DNA of 64,000 nt from Escherichia phage Lw1. The stretch lies in the sequence record KC801932, one strand, 5' to 3'. Below, in pieces: positions 38,740 to 48,920 of the stretch; position 1 is the stretch's first letter; every line of letters begins with the position of its first letter. A program made the position numbers and the translations under genes. The notes beneath the pieces were generated by a model that saw nothing but the letters and a program-made list of their open reading frames with translations, made no database searches and was not told the origin of the DNA.

Positions 38740-39066
38740 ATGAGTTGTCCAACATGGGCGCATTTTGAAAATTTGAAAGAAGGTACGCAGAAACGCGTGT
38801 ATATCAATTTGGGTTGGATTCCACCAACTGATTTTGAATTAGCCGTAATAATGGTTAATGCCAGCAAAGAGATCAGCGAAACTTTCGAATGGGAAAGACT
38901 TACTTTGCCTGTTCATCCAGGGTTCTTTATGGCCCGTGAAAAGTTCGAAGAAATGAAACGAGCGGTAGAATGTATCAATGGGTTGACTACGCCATCTTTA
39001 CGTATGCACTACCGGAACCTATTCACCCTGAAAAAAGCATGGGAAATCGCGGAGGTTGAATTATGA
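38740..39066 (+). CDS. hypothetical protein
   Basis: 108 aa from ATG (MSCPTWAHF) after GAGGAAAA. Confidence 0.5.
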   Translation: MSCPTWAHFENLKEGTQKRVYINLGWIPPTDFELAVIMVNASKEISETFEWERLTLPVHPGFFMAREKFEEMKRAVECINGLTTPSLRMHYRNLFTLKKAWEIAEVEL

Positions 39067-39344
39067 TTATTCAGGTATCCGTACAGGGTAATACTCTGAC
39101 CGTAACCTATTCAATTATGACCGCTATGGCTGCATGTCGTGATCATGTGTTGACAAAGCCGCCTGTGACTGAAATTCTGGAAATTGATATATGGAACGGT
39201 GGTGTAATTTGTGGATCTTATGGATTTACACCACTGGAAGAAAATTTAAACACAATGGAAGAATGGTTATATGGGAAATTGTACACCAATGAAACTACCA
39301 AAGCATACGACGCTGTTAACTCGCGAAAAACTACATTCTGTTGA
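39063..39344 (+). CDS. hypothetical protein
   Basis: 93 aa. Confidence 0.45.
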   Translation: MIIQVSVQGNTLTVTYSIMTAMAACRDHVLTKPPVTEILEIDIWNGGVICGSYGFTPLEENLNTMEEWLYGKLYTNETTKAYDAVNSRKTTFC

Positions 39345-39546
39345 ATGGAGTCCGTTAGACGTGATGATCTTTGATATCGAATCACGGATCATTAATGCTC
39401 GTATGAACGGATTAGGAATCTTTTCTGTTGAATTCGAAAAGATTCGCGGTTATAATGCTGACTGTAAAAACAAGTTGCGCGTCATGGTGGAAGCAATGGG
39501 CTACATCGTGGATATTGAAGACAATAAAATGTGGATCGGATTATGA
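39289..39546 (+). CDS. hypothetical protein
   Basis: about 85 aa; start uncertain; overlaps neighbours. Confidence 0.4.
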   Translation: MKLPKHTTLLTREKLHSVEWSPLDVMIFDIESRIINARMNGLGIFSVEFEKIRGYNADCKNKLRVMVEAMGYIVDIEDNKMWIGL

Positions 39547-40124
39547 GCAAAGTAAAAGCAGTTTTCGCAGTCGGTAATGACGCATACGAAGAAGATTTTG
39601 CGTTTGGCTACCAGCAGGGTTTACCGTGGGGGCATTGCAAAGAAGATTTGCAGAAATTCAAAGCAGAAACTGCAAATAGCGTCCTGATCATGGGTGCGAA
39701 CACTTTTACTTCTCTGCCTGGTAAATTGTCAGGGCGAGTACATTGCGTTATGTCTGCATCCGGTCAACGTCTGGTAACGAAGAACGGAAATACCGCTGAT
39801 TACATCATCCACTGTGGCGGGTTGTCTGCTGCAATCGACGTGATGAAAGCAACGCATCCAGATAGTGATGTGTGTATCATTGGTGGTAAGGGGTTGCTTC
39901 TGGAAGCAATCAATAATACACTGGTTGATGAATTAGTCATAACTCACGTTTATGGACATCGTGTGTATAATGCACCAGCGTTTAAACGTGATGTCTCGTT
40001 TAGCGTCAAAGAATTCTATGATGCAGTCTTGAAGTATGGATATTGTGATTTTGAAACTATCCATATTCACGACAACGAACGCGTTGCAAAACTTGTGATC
40101 GACCGACATACGAAAAAGGCATGA
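39543..40124 (+). CDS. frd: dihydrofolate reductase
   Basis: 193 aa from ATG (MSKVKAVFAVG); LPW motif and Gly-rich NADPH region; upstream of td as in T4. Confidence 0.85.
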   Translation: MSKVKAVFAVGNDAYEEDFAFGYQQGLPWGHCKEDLQKFKAETANSVLIMGANTFTSLPGKLSGRVHCVMSASGQRLVTKNGNTADYIIHCGGLSAAIDVMKATHPDSDVCIIGGKGLLLEAINNTLVDELVITHVYGHRVYNAPAFKRDVSFSVKEFYDAVLKYGYCDFETIHIHDNERVAKLVIDRHTKKA

Positions 40125-40125
40125 A

Positions 40126-40992
40126 ATGAAACAGTATCTTGATATTATAAACACAGTTCTAACACACGGTGTAGAATCAACGGATCGTACTGGTGTTGGT
40201 ACACTTCGCATCTTCGGAATGCAAACCCGTTGGAACCTCGCAGAAGGTTTCCCAGCAACAACCAGCAAACAACTATTCTTCAAACCGTGTAAGCATGAAT
40301 TGCAATGGTTCCTGTCCGGTTCTACTAACGTTGATGAACTACGTGAAATGACCTGGGGAATAGGAAGCGATAAACGCACTATTTGGGACGATAACTACGA
40401 AAATCAGGCTAAAGCACTGGGATACTCTCATGGTTATCTGGGGCCAATCTACGGCTACCAGTGGCGTTCGTTTGGTGGCAATGGTGAATTCGATGGTAAT
40501 TTCCCTGGTGTTGACCAGATCGCTCGAATCATCAAAGAACTGAAAGAGAAACCAGACGATCGCGGGATCATCGTTTCCGCATGGAATCCGGTTGATCTTG
40601 ATGCAATGGCTTTGCGTCCGTGTCACTGTTTCTTCCAGTTCGTCGTAATCAACGGTAAACTGTCTCTACAGTGGTATCAGCGTTCGGTTGATGTCTTCTT
40701 AGGGTTGCCGTTCAATATAGCCTCATACGCTCTCCTGACGCATATTATCGCTGATATTTGCGGGTATGAAGTAGGCGATCTGGTTTGGACTGGTGGTGAT
40801 GTTCATATCTACAAAAATGCAATTGAACAAGCGAAAGAACTATTGAAGCCGGAACGCACACCGTTACCGCTTCCGACTCTGGTAATGCCGAAGGTAAATA
40901 GCTTACTTGATTTGGATCAAGAATTCTTTGACTCCATCCATTTGAAAGACTATAATCACCACGGCTCGCTAAAAGCAGCTATGGCAGTATAA
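40126..40992 (+). CDS. td: thymidylate synthase
   Basis: 288 aa, uninterrupted; ThyA motifs (R.FG, catalytic PCH, DRR-type); no intron evident. Confidence 0.95.
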   Translation: MKQYLDIINTVLTHGVESTDRTGVGTLRIFGMQTRWNLAEGFPATTSKQLFFKPCKHELQWFLSGSTNVDELREMTWGIGSDKRTIWDDNYENQAKALGYSHGYLGPIYGYQWRSFGGNGEFDGNFPGVDQIARIIKELKEKPDDRGIIVSAWNPVDLDAMALRPCHCFFQFVVINGKLSLQWYQRSVDVFLGLPFNIASYALLTHIIADICGYEVGDLVWTGGDVHIYKNAIEQAKELLKPERTPLPLPTLVMPKVNSLLDLDQEFFDSIHLKDYNHHGSLKAAMAV

Positions 40993-40996
40993 ACAA

Positions 40997-41017
40997 AAGG
41001 GGCTACGGCCCCTTTCT
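40997..41017 (+). terminator. stem-loop (AGGGGC-TACG-GCCCCT) after td
   Basis: 6-bp GC stem plus tetraloop then TTCTT. Confidence 0.55.
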
Positions 41018-41032
41018 TAACAAGGTAAGATA

Positions 41033-43282
41033 ATGAGTGATATTAAAACAGTAGTAAAATCCTCTGGTGTAAGTCAACCATTCGACAAAGAAAAACTGTT
41101 TAAAGTCCTGAACTGGGCCAGTGTTGGAAAGAATATTGATGTTAACGCATTCCTTGAAAGTGTCGTTGACCTGCTTCGTGACGGTATGACTACCAAACAG
41201 ATCCAGGGCGTAGCTATCAAGTATGCAGCGGATCGCATTTCAGTAAAAGAACCTGACTGGCAGTATGTAGCGGCTAACCTCGAAATGTTCGCCCTTCGTA
41301 AAACCGTTTACGGGCAATTTGACCCGATCCCATTCTACGAACACATCACTAAGCTGGTTGAGGCTGGAAAATACGACAAAGAGATCCTAACCAAATGGAC
41401 TAAATCTGATATCGAATATTTCGAAGAGAACATTAAGCACGATAAAGATTTCGAGTTCTCTTACGCTGGTGTTCAGCAGTTGATCGGGAAATATCTGTTG
41501 CAGGATCGCACAAACGGTGACATCTACGAAACCCCGCAATACGCTTTCATGCTGATTGCTATGTGTCTGCATCAGGACGAACCGCGAACCCTGAGCGCAT
41601 TTAATCATGTGGTTGATTTCTACAACGCAATTTCGGATCGTAAGCTGTCGTTACCTACGCCTATTATGGCTGGTGTGCGTACTCCTACGCGTCAGTTTTC
41701 CAGTTGCGTAGTGATTGAATCAGGTGATTCACTGGGTTCTCTGAATGCTGTAACCTCTGCGATCGTGAAGTATATTTCACAACGTGCTGGTATCGGTGTA
41801 AACGCCGGACATATTCGCGCGATGGGTTCTAAAATCCGTGGTGGTGAAGCAGTTCATACAGGCGTGATCCCGTTCTGGAAACATATTCAGACAGCGGTTA
41901 AATCCTGTTCACAAGGTGGTGTTCGTGGTGGTGCTGCAACGTTGTATTATCCGATCTGGCATTTGGAAGTTGAAAACCTGCTGGTTCTGAAAAACAACAA
42001 AGGTGTTGAAAACAACCGTATCCGTCACCTGGATTATGGCGTACAGCTTAACGATTTGATGTATAAACGTTTGATGAATAACGATTACATCACTCTGTTC
42101 AGCCCTGATGTTGCTAACGATCGTCTGTATGATGCGTTCTATCAAGCGGATCAGACTGAATTCGAAGAACTGTATACCAGCCTTGAAAAAGACCCGACTG
42201 TACGCAAGAAACGTATTAAAGCGGTAGATCTGTTCCAGTTGCTTGCACAGGAACGCGCACAGACTGGACGCAAATATATTTTCAACAGTCATCACGTCAA
42301 TCAGCAGGGTAGTTTCTCTGTTCCGGTTCGTATGTCGAACCTTTGCTGTGAAATTGCGATCCCTACAAGTCCTCTGGATGACGATGATAAACTGGCTGGC
42401 GAAATTGGACTGTGTACGCTTATGGCTATCGTTCTCGATAATGCCGATATAAGCGAATTTCCGGCCCTTACGCGCATTGCAGTACGCGCACTGGATAACT
42501 TGCTGGATTACCAGAATTATCCTGTTGCAGCGGCACTGAAAGCTAAACAGCGTCGTTCTCTGGGTGTTGGTATCACCAACTATGCTTCGTGGCTGGCAAG
42601 TAACTATTGCGACTACTCAGAAGCATACGCCGGAAACGTTCATGAACTGATGGAAGCGTTTCAATATAACTTGTTGGTTGCCTCTATGGAACTGGCAAAA
42701 GAACGCGGCGCGTGTGGACTGTTCCACGAAACAAAATATTCACAGGGACTGTTACCGATCGATTGGTACTGCAAGAACGTTGATGAACTCGCATCACCTG
42801 TGTATAACTGCGACTGGGAATGGTTGCGTGGTGAAATCAAAAAATACGGCTTGCGTAACTCAACGCTTTCTGCTTTAATGCCATGTGAGAGTAGTTCTCA
42901 AGTAAGTAACTCCACAAACGGTATTGAACCGCCTCGCGGCCCTGTGAGTGTGAAATCTTCGAAGGAAGGTTCATTTAACCAGGTAGTTCCGAACCATAAT
43001 GACCAGATTGATTTCTATGATTATCTCTGGACAATGGCTAAACGCGGTAACAAAGGTTATCTGTCTCATGTTGCTGTTATGCAGAAGTTTGTTGACCAGG
43101 CTATCTCTGCAAACACCGACTATGATCCGGCTAACTATGCTGATGGTAAAGTTCCGACTGAGGAAATCTTAGATGACCTCCTGTACGCGAACTATTTCGG
43201 TGTTAAAACACTGTATTACCACAACACCCGCGATGGTGCTGGTGAAGATGAAGCGGAAGATTGCGAAGGTTGCAAGATTTGA
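41033..43282 (+). CDS. nrdA: ribonucleotide reductase alpha subunit (class Ia)
   Basis: 749 aa; N-terminal ATP-cone, catalytic NLCCEI-type cysteines, C-terminal CEGCK pair. Confidence 0.95.
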   Translation: MSDIKTVVKSSGVSQPFDKEKLFKVLNWASVGKNIDVNAFLESVVDLLRDGMTTKQIQGVAIKYAADRISVKEPDWQYVAANLEMFALRKTVYGQFDPIPFYEHITKLVEAGKYDKEILTKWTKSDIEYFEENIKHDKDFEFSYAGVQQLIGKYLLQDRTNGDIYETPQYAFMLIAMCLHQDEPRTLSAFNHVVDFYNAISDRKLSLPTPIMAGVRTPTRQFSSCVVIESGDSLGSLNAVTSAIVKYISQRAGIGVNAGHIRAMGSKIRGGEAVHTGVIPFWKHIQTAVKSCSQGGVRGGAATLYYPIWHLEVENLLVLKNNKGVENNRIRHLDYGVQLNDLMYKRLMNNDYITLFSPDVANDRLYDAFYQADQTEFEELYTSLEKDPTVRKKRIKAVDLFQLLAQERAQTGRKYIFNSHHVNQQGSFSVPVRMSNLCCEIAIPTSPLDDDDKLAGEIGLCTLMAIVLDNADISEFPALTRIAVRALDNLLDYQNYPVAAALKAKQRRSLGVGITNYASWLASNYCDYSEAYAGNVHELMEAFQYNLLVASMELAKERGACGLFHETKYSQGLLPIDWYCKNVDELASPVYNCDWEWLRGEIKKYGLRNSTLSALMPCESSSQVSNSTNGIEPPRGPVSVKSSKEGSFNQVVPNHNDQIDFYDYLWTMAKRGNKGYLSHVAVMQKFVDQAISANTDYDPANYADGKVPTEEILDDLLYANYFGVKTLYYHNTRDGAGEDEAEDCEGCKI

Positions 43283-43287
43283 TTAAT

Positions 43288-43307
43288 GCCCCTTCGGGGG
43301 CTTTTAT
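43288..43307 (+). terminator. intrinsic terminator (GCCCC-TTCG-GGGGC + T-run)
   Basis: after nrdA stop. Confidence 0.65.
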
Positions 43308-43318
43308 AAGGTAAACTC

Positions 43319-44494
43319 ATGTTAACAGTAATGAACACAAACCCCGAACACAAACACTTAGAACAGCCGATGTTCTTCGGTGAGGATACGGGGGTTGCCC
43401 GATATGAAGAACAAAAACACAGTGTATTTGAAAAGCTGACTGAAAAACAACTGTCATTCTTCTGGCGACCGGAAGAAGTGGATCTGTCGATTGACCGTAT
43501 GCAGTATGCGAAAATGCCGGAACATGAAAAAATCATTTTCGATTCTAACCTGCAATATCAAACCCTACTGGATACCATTCAGGGACGCGGCCCTAACCTT
43601 GCATTTCTCCCGATTGCCTCTGATGTATCAATGGAAACGTGGATCGAAACATGGGCGTTCAGTGAAACAATTCACAGTCGCAGTTATACGCACATTCAGC
43701 GCAACCTGCATATCGATCCGGCTAAAGAGTTCGACAAAATCCTTCGTAACGAAGCGATCATGAAACGTTCTGCATCAATGACCAGTTATTACGATAACTT
43801 GATCAGCGAATGTCATGAACTGAAAAACATCGTTCTCAAGATCGAAATGATGACATCCCACGGATACCCAGACGAATCGATCGCTGAATACGAACAGAAA
43901 CGCAAAGAGCAAATGCGCAAATGTAAGGTTGCTCTTTATCTGTGTATGCACGCTGTCAACGCTCTGGAAGCGATTCGTTTCTATGTCTCGTTTACCTTTA
44001 CGTTCAACTTTGCCGAACAGGGCAAGATGGAAGGTAACGCAAAGATCATGCGTCTGATTGCCCGTGATGAAGCACTTCATCAGAAAGGTACTCAAAGCAA
44101 GATCCGACTCTGGCAGATGGGTAAAGATGACCCAGAAATGGCAGAAATCGCGTATCAGTACGAAGAAGAAGCAACACAGATTTTCCTCGAAGTTTACGAG
44201 CAGGAAAAAGAATGGGCTGAACACTTATTCAGTATTGGTGATGTTGACGGCGTGACACTGAAAAGTACAATCGCCTATATCGAACACTTAACCGACCAAC
44301 GTATGCGAGCGGTTGGGTTACAGTCTCCGTTTAAACCGAGTCCTAACCCGTATCCGTGGATGAACAAATGGTTGAAGTCTGACAACGTTCAGGTAGCCCC
44401 GCAAGAGGTTGAAGTAAGTTCTTACCTGGTTGGCAACCTCAACACTGAGATCAGCGACGAAGCCTATGCAAAATGGCGACAAAAATACGCTTGA
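43319..44494 (+). CDS. nrdB: ribonucleotide reductase beta subunit
   Basis: 391 aa, uninterrupted; di-iron/tyrosyl radical region (ETWAFSETIHSRSYTHI). Confidence 0.95.
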   Translation: MLTVMNTNPEHKHLEQPMFFGEDTGVARYEEQKHSVFEKLTEKQLSFFWRPEEVDLSIDRMQYAKMPEHEKIIFDSNLQYQTLLDTIQGRGPNLAFLPIASDVSMETWIETWAFSETIHSRSYTHIQRNLHIDPAKEFDKILRNEAIMKRSASMTSYYDNLISECHELKNIVLKIEMMTSHGYPDESIAEYEQKRKEQMRKCKVALYLCMHAVNALEAIRFYVSFTFTFNFAEQGKMEGNAKIMRLIARDEALHQKGTQSKIRLWQMGKDDPEMAEIAYQYEEEATQIFLEVYEQEKEWAEHLFSIGDVDGVTLKSTIAYIEHLTDQRMRAVGLQSPFKPSPNPYPWMNKWLKSDNVQVAPQEVEVSSYLVGNLNTEISDEAYAKWRQKYA

Positions 44495-44777
44495 TTGTCG
44501 CGTCGTAAACAAGTATAAAGGTAACTGGGATGTCGATATTCAAAGAGGTACGAAGTTCGGCAATCCCTTTTACAAGGGAACACGGGGTGAAAACATTCTT
44601 AACTTCATCCCGTATTTCCAAAACTTGATTCGAACTGGCGTGATCACAATCGACGAACTGAAAGAACTGGACGGGAAGCGGTTAGGCTGTAGTTGCAAAC
44701 CCTTACCGTGTCACGGTGATTATATTGCTCACTGCGTCAATGTGTTGACCGGAAAGGTGAATAAGTTGGATATATAA
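44466..44777 (+). CDS. DUF4326-like small protein (GNPF and CSCKPLPCHGD motifs)
   Basis: about 103 aa from first in-frame ATG of track ORF; start overlaps nrdB 3' end; family assignment from memory. Confidence 0.5.
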   Translation: MQNGDKNTLDCRVVNKYKGNWDVDIQRGTKFGNPFYKGTRGENILNFIPYFQNLIRTGVITIDELKELDGKRLGCSCKPLPCHGDYIAHCVNVLTGKVNKLDI

Positions 44778-45175
44778 TGGACGATGTAACGTTTGGTGTA
44801 ATATTTCCTTTGCGTCTGGGTTCAGACAAAAGGATAGATCGGAGTTTTGTTAAATGTGGTGAATTCCGGCATTGTGTATATTTTATTGAAATCGACGGTC
44901 GGATAGTGTATGTTGGCAAGTGTCGTGATTTGTGGAAGCGGTTAGACACATACCGCAATTCGAAATACTGGCGGGAAGCAAACCCCAGTAACATTTTGAA
45001 AACCGCACGTCTGGAAATGGCAATCAAAAAAGGTAAACGTGTAAATCTTATCGTGACAACACACGACGAAAGCACGTATCACGATTTTGAAATCAACATG
45101 ATCCGAAAAATTAATCCTGAATGGAACAAACAGCACTATGACAAATCTAACCAAAAATCAGAAAACCCTCTTTGA
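44777..45175 (+). CDS. denA: endonuclease II (GIY-YIG)
   Basis: 132 aa (T4 DenA 136); GIY-YIG-like VYFIEIDGRIVYVGK; follows nrdB as in T4. Confidence 0.6.
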   Translation: MDDVTFGVIFPLRLGSDKRIDRSFVKCGEFRHCVYFIEIDGRIVYVGKCRDLWKRLDTYRNSKYWREANPSNILKTARLEMAIKKGKRVNLIVTTHDESTYHDFEINMIRKINPEWNKQHYDKSNQKSENPL

Positions 45176-46295
45176 CCAGTTGATGAAACTGTGTAACGAA
45201 AGCGAATGCTTCTATTTCATTGATCAAAAAACCGTGATGCAAACCCATGTTCGCATCTTTAACTATCGCATGGCGAGCTATTCCGACTGGTTAAAACCTG
45301 GTGCGCTGGAATGTCGCGGTATCATGTTTGTGATGGATGGGGATACCCCCGTAAAACTCGTCAGTCGCCCGATGGAGAAGTTTTTCAACTATGCCGAAGT
45401 AAAGGCATGGGAAGCACTTAAAGCCGCTCCTGTAACGATTGGTGAAACCGTAGTTGATGTGATGATTAAGGAAGATGGTTCCCTTATTTCCACCTTCTGT
45501 GATTCCGGCTATCTGGGCGTTAAGTCTAAAGCATCAGTTCAATCTGAACAGGCTATGGACGCTATGAGCGTGATTCAGAGAAACCGCGCACTGTTCGATC
45601 GTCTGACCGAACTGGTTAATGATGGTTTCACAGTCAATATGGAATACGTCGCACCAACAAACCGTATCGTAATTGGTTATCAGGAACCAGCAGTGGTGAT
45701 CCTGAACATCCGTAATAACGACACGGGCGAATACGTCGATTATCAGGACATCTTCGCAGATAGTGTATTACGTCCGTTCCTGGTTGAGCGTGAGAAAATC
45801 GAAGTCACCGATCTGGATGCATTCATTACCGAAGCCTACACGAAAGAAGGTTTTGAGGGTTACGTAATCAAAACTGATAAAGGGTTCGTGAAAGCGAAAA
45901 CTAACTGGTACGTAAACCTACACCGCACGAAAGATAGCATCAACAATAATAAGGATCTGTTCTTAAATATTGTTGAAAATACCGTAGATGACCTGAAACA
46001 AATGTTCCTCGATGATATGTACGCACTCAAGAAAATTGACGCATTCGAAACGTTATTCCTTGATAGTCTGAATCGTCTGACTGCAAAAGCATTCCAGGCA
46101 ATCGAAGACACGAAAGGCAAATCACACAAAGATTACGCGATCGCCCTGAGTTCTGACTTAACCCCTGACGGTCGTATCATCTTCGGGCCTATGATGCGTT
46201 ATTTTGATGATACCGATAAGCAAAAGCTGGTCGATAACATCGTTGCATTAATGGCGAAGAACTACGAACAGTTTATACCGGAAGAATATAAATGA
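45138..46295 (+). CDS. rnlA: RNA ligase 1
   Basis: 385 aa; adenylation lysine motif KEDGSL; T4 gene 63 size and position. Confidence 0.7.
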   Translation: MTNLTKNQKTLFDQLMKLCNESECFYFIDQKTVMQTHVRIFNYRMASYSDWLKPGALECRGIMFVMDGDTPVKLVSRPMEKFFNYAEVKAWEALKAAPVTIGETVVDVMIKEDGSLISTFCDSGYLGVKSKASVQSEQAMDAMSVIQRNRALFDRLTELVNDGFTVNMEYVAPTNRIVIGYQEPAVVILNIRNNDTGEYVDYQDIFADSVLRPFLVEREKIEVTDLDAFITEAYTKEGFEGYVIKTDKGFVKAKTNWYVNLHRTKDSINNNKDLFLNIVENTVDDLKQMFLDDMYALKKIDAFETLFLDSLNRLTAKAFQAIEDTKGKSHKDYAIALSSDLTPDGRIIFGPMMRYFDDTDKQKLVDNIVALMAKNYEQFIPEEYK

Positions 46296-46618
46296 CATTA
46301 CCCGCCTTTCCAAAGTTAACTTCTTTGGTGTGGCCTGTACTTGTTGCCCTGTCTCTGGCAGGGCTTTTGTACATGACAATCACGCTGAAAAGTGAAAACG
46401 ATCAATTGGCTAAAGATATCAAAGAGTTACGCGATGATGTCAAAAAAGTCAAAGAGACAAACAACACCAATACGGTGATCTACGTCGAACAAAAAGCGAA
46501 GGATCAGCAGTTGGTCAAGGATGCCGGACGTAAAGACCTGTTGTTCAAGAAACCAGGACTGATCGAAATCAAGATCAATAAATCCTTCGAAGAGTATATG
46601 AGAGATTTCGAAAAATGA
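46292..46618 (+). CDS. i-spanin-like protein (type II membrane, coiled coil)
   Basis: 108 aa; N-terminal TM then coiled-coil region; directly upstream of a lipoprotein ORF and pseT. Confidence 0.55.
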   Translation: MTLPAFPKLTSLVWPVLVALSLAGLLYMTITLKSENDQLAKDIKELRDDVKKVKETNNTNTVIYVEQKAKDQQLVKDAGRKDLLFKKPGLIEIKINKSFEEYMRDFEK

Positions 46619-46941
46619 AAATAACGACATTAGCCCTTGTTCTGGGCGTTCTGTTGGTCGGGTGTGCTGAGAAGCCCCCTGAAAAGATTTTGCCGACTTT
46701 ACCCGCTAAGGTAAACCCTGTTGATGTGAAATGGAAAGTAATGGCGGAAGTAAGGGAAATCGACGGGAAGAAATATCTCGTTATGCCGTTTGACGGCAAC
46801 CCATACGTTGCGCTATCATATCCAGACTCATTGATTTTTCGTAGCTGGATGAATGACGTTAAGCGACAGAAAGATCAAACCGATAATATCCTATGTACCG
46901 TGGGATATTCCGAAAAATGCAAATTGAGAGATTCTAAATGA
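46615..46941 (+). CDS. o-spanin-like outer-membrane lipoprotein
   Basis: 108 aa; signal peptide with lipobox LLVGC. Confidence 0.6.
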   Translation: MKITTLALVLGVLLVGCAEKPPEKILPTLPAKVNPVDVKWKVMAEVREIDGKKYLVMPFDGNPYVALSYPDSLIFRSWMNDVKRQKDQTDNILCTVGYSEKCKLRDSK

Positions 46942-47825
46942 ACCTGTTTATTACTGTAGGCGTACCAGGTAGCGGGAAAACTACATGGGCGAAAGAAAAA
47001 GCGCGTCAACTGGGGAACACTCTGACTGTTTCCCGTGACGATATCCGTCGAACCCTTTATTGTGCTGGCGGTGATCTAACTGGCTACCGCTTCACCGAAG
47101 AGAAAGAAAAACTGGTAACTCAGATGCAAACCAATATTGTTCTTAGTGCTCTGGGGCATGGAAAGAACGTTATTGTACACAATACGCATCTTAAACCAGG
47201 CGACCATATCTTCTGGAAAGAACTCGCGAAAGGAACAGGCGCGGAGTTGCATTTCGAATACTTTGATGTTGATATCGTCGAACTGCTGAAGCGCAACCAT
47301 AAACGCGGTGTAAATGCTTTGCCTGTCTCCCGTGTATGGGAAATGTTTACACAGTATCGTAAATTGCGTGGTTGGGTTCCGGCTATGCAGTACGCAGATC
47401 CAAACAAACCAAAATGCGTTATCTTCGACGTTGACGGAACGTTAACCAAAGTTGGACAGCGTAGCCCGTATGACTTTACGAAGGTAATCAACGATCCGGC
47501 TAACCCTCCGGTTCAGGAACTGTTCAGAATGTATAAAGCCTCTGGCTATGCCTGTGTTGTTGTATCGGGGCGTGAGGGTACTGTACAGTGCGCACATGAT
47601 ACCGCTGCAAGCCTGATCGGGTATGGTGTTGACCTGAGCGATGGTATTTTCATGCGCGAAGAAGGGGATCATCGTCACGATTTTCACGTAAAAGAGCAAA
47701 TACTTGTTGAAAAGATTCTCGATAAGTATTATCCTGTTCTTGCAGTGGACGACCGAGATACCCCTACCGGAATGTGGCGAATGAACGGTATCCCATGTTT
47801 CCAGGTTGATTACGGCGACTTCTAA
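46938..47825 (+). CDS. pseT: polynucleotide 5'-kinase/3'-phosphatase
   Basis: 295 aa; P-loop GVPGSGKTT; phosphatase DVDGTL; parallels T4 Pnk throughout. Confidence 0.9.
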   Translation: MNLFITVGVPGSGKTTWAKEKARQLGNTLTVSRDDIRRTLYCAGGDLTGYRFTEEKEKLVTQMQTNIVLSALGHGKNVIVHNTHLKPGDHIFWKELAKGTGAELHFEYFDVDIVELLKRNHKRGVNALPVSRVWEMFTQYRKLRGWVPAMQYADPNKPKCVIFDVDGTLTKVGQRSPYDFTKVINDPANPPVQELFRMYKASGYACVVVSGREGTVQCAHDTAASLIGYGVDLSDGIFMREEGDHRHDFHVKEQILVEKILDKYYPVLAVDDRDTPTGMWRMNGIPCFQVDYGDF

Positions 47826-47884
47826 AAACAGTTGACAGTGATTGCGGGTATGATAAGATACCCGCACACAAAAGGAGATATATT

Positions 47885-48151
47885 ATGATCGAACGTGAAA
47901 ATGTAAATGTAATAGTTGAACTGGGTGATCGTGTTAATGTTGATAATCCGGTTGATTTACAACTGAAACTGAACCAGTTAGGCCAGCGTCTTGTTGATCG
48001 GCTTCCTGCTGGTTACAACGTGAAACTTGTCCGTGACGGTCAGTTCTCCTTCCTGCTGGGGATTATTAGTCAACGTGGTATCGTTGAACAACAGTTCGGA
48101 ATCCAATGGAATCCGGTTTCTAAATTCGTAACGTGGGCTGGTGTATTATGA
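47885..48151 (+). CDS. hypothetical protein
   Basis: 88 aa; GGAG before ATG. Confidence 0.5.
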   Translation: MIERENVNVIVELGDRVNVDNPVDLQLKLNQLGQRLVDRLPAGYNVKLVRDGQFSFLLGIISQRGIVEQQFGIQWNPVSKFVTWAGVL

Positions 48152-48399
48152 ACGAAGCTAAAAAGATCCATCAAGCATGGTTGTTGATGGATACCCGAAT
48201 GGTTCGATATGGTTGTGTTTTTGGTTTGGTTGACAACGATCCGACATTGGATATTGTAACAAGTCCGGTTGTTGAATACGAAATTCCTAGCGATAATTCG
48301 TATGTGATCGTGAAAACTCGTTCTGGTAGTACATATCATATTGTCGAACCAGACAACAATTTTCTGAAAGACCTTCTGAAATACATGGGCGACCGATGA
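48148..48399 (+). CDS. hypothetical protein
   Basis: 83 aa from ATG (MNEAKKI). Confidence 0.45.
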   Translation: MNEAKKIHQAWLLMDTRMVRYGCVFGLVDNDPTLDIVTSPVVEYEIPSDNSYVIVKTRSGSTYHIVEPDNNFLKDLLKYMGDR

Positions 48400-48920
48400 A
48401 ATTACTTCATATGATCCGCGCCATAAAACACAGTCAGGGTTCTCGATGTGTATCGACCCGTGTAGGTGCGGTTATTGTAATGAATGGGCGCGTGGTGTCC
48501 CAGGGTTCGAATAATACGGTTGATTCCGATTGTCGTTGTGCTGATCATAACGAGCACATGCTGAATGATGAAGGTAAGCTGAAAGCTGTTCACCGTCCAG
48601 AACATTCAGCATGGTCGAACGACAACGAGATCCACGCCGAAATGAAAGCGTTGCTAAGTGCTCATACTAATGGTATCATGCTTAACAACGCAGAGTTGTA
48701 CACAACCACTTCACCGTGTCCGAACTGTGCAAAACACATCGAATGGTATGTTGCGATTGGTGCAATAACTGCTGTATACTACCTCGATAAATACGATCGT
48801 GGTAATGACGAATGGATTTCACGTTTGCAAAAATATGGTTGCAGAGTGGAACAAATTAAACGGGAAGAGTTGGAACCTCATATCAACTTTTCTAATTTAG
48901 TGTTTAACAACAATGAGTAA
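48396..48920 (+). CDS. cd: dCMP deaminase
   Basis: 174 aa; zinc-binding HAEMKAL and SPCPNCAK. Confidence 0.85.
   Translation: MKLLHMIRAIKHSQGSRCVSTRVGAVIVMNGRVVSQGSNNTVDSDCRCADHNEHMLNDEGKLKAVHRPEHSAWSNDNEIHAEMKALLSAHTNGIMLNNAELYTTTSPCPNCAKHIEWYVAIGAITAVYYLDKYDRGNDEWISRLQKYGCRVEQIKREELEPHINFSNLVFNNNE

Noticed and set aside
40126-44494. Group I introns in td or nrdB (present in T4)
   Set aside because: Both ORFs are continuous at full length with motifs in order; no interruption seen.
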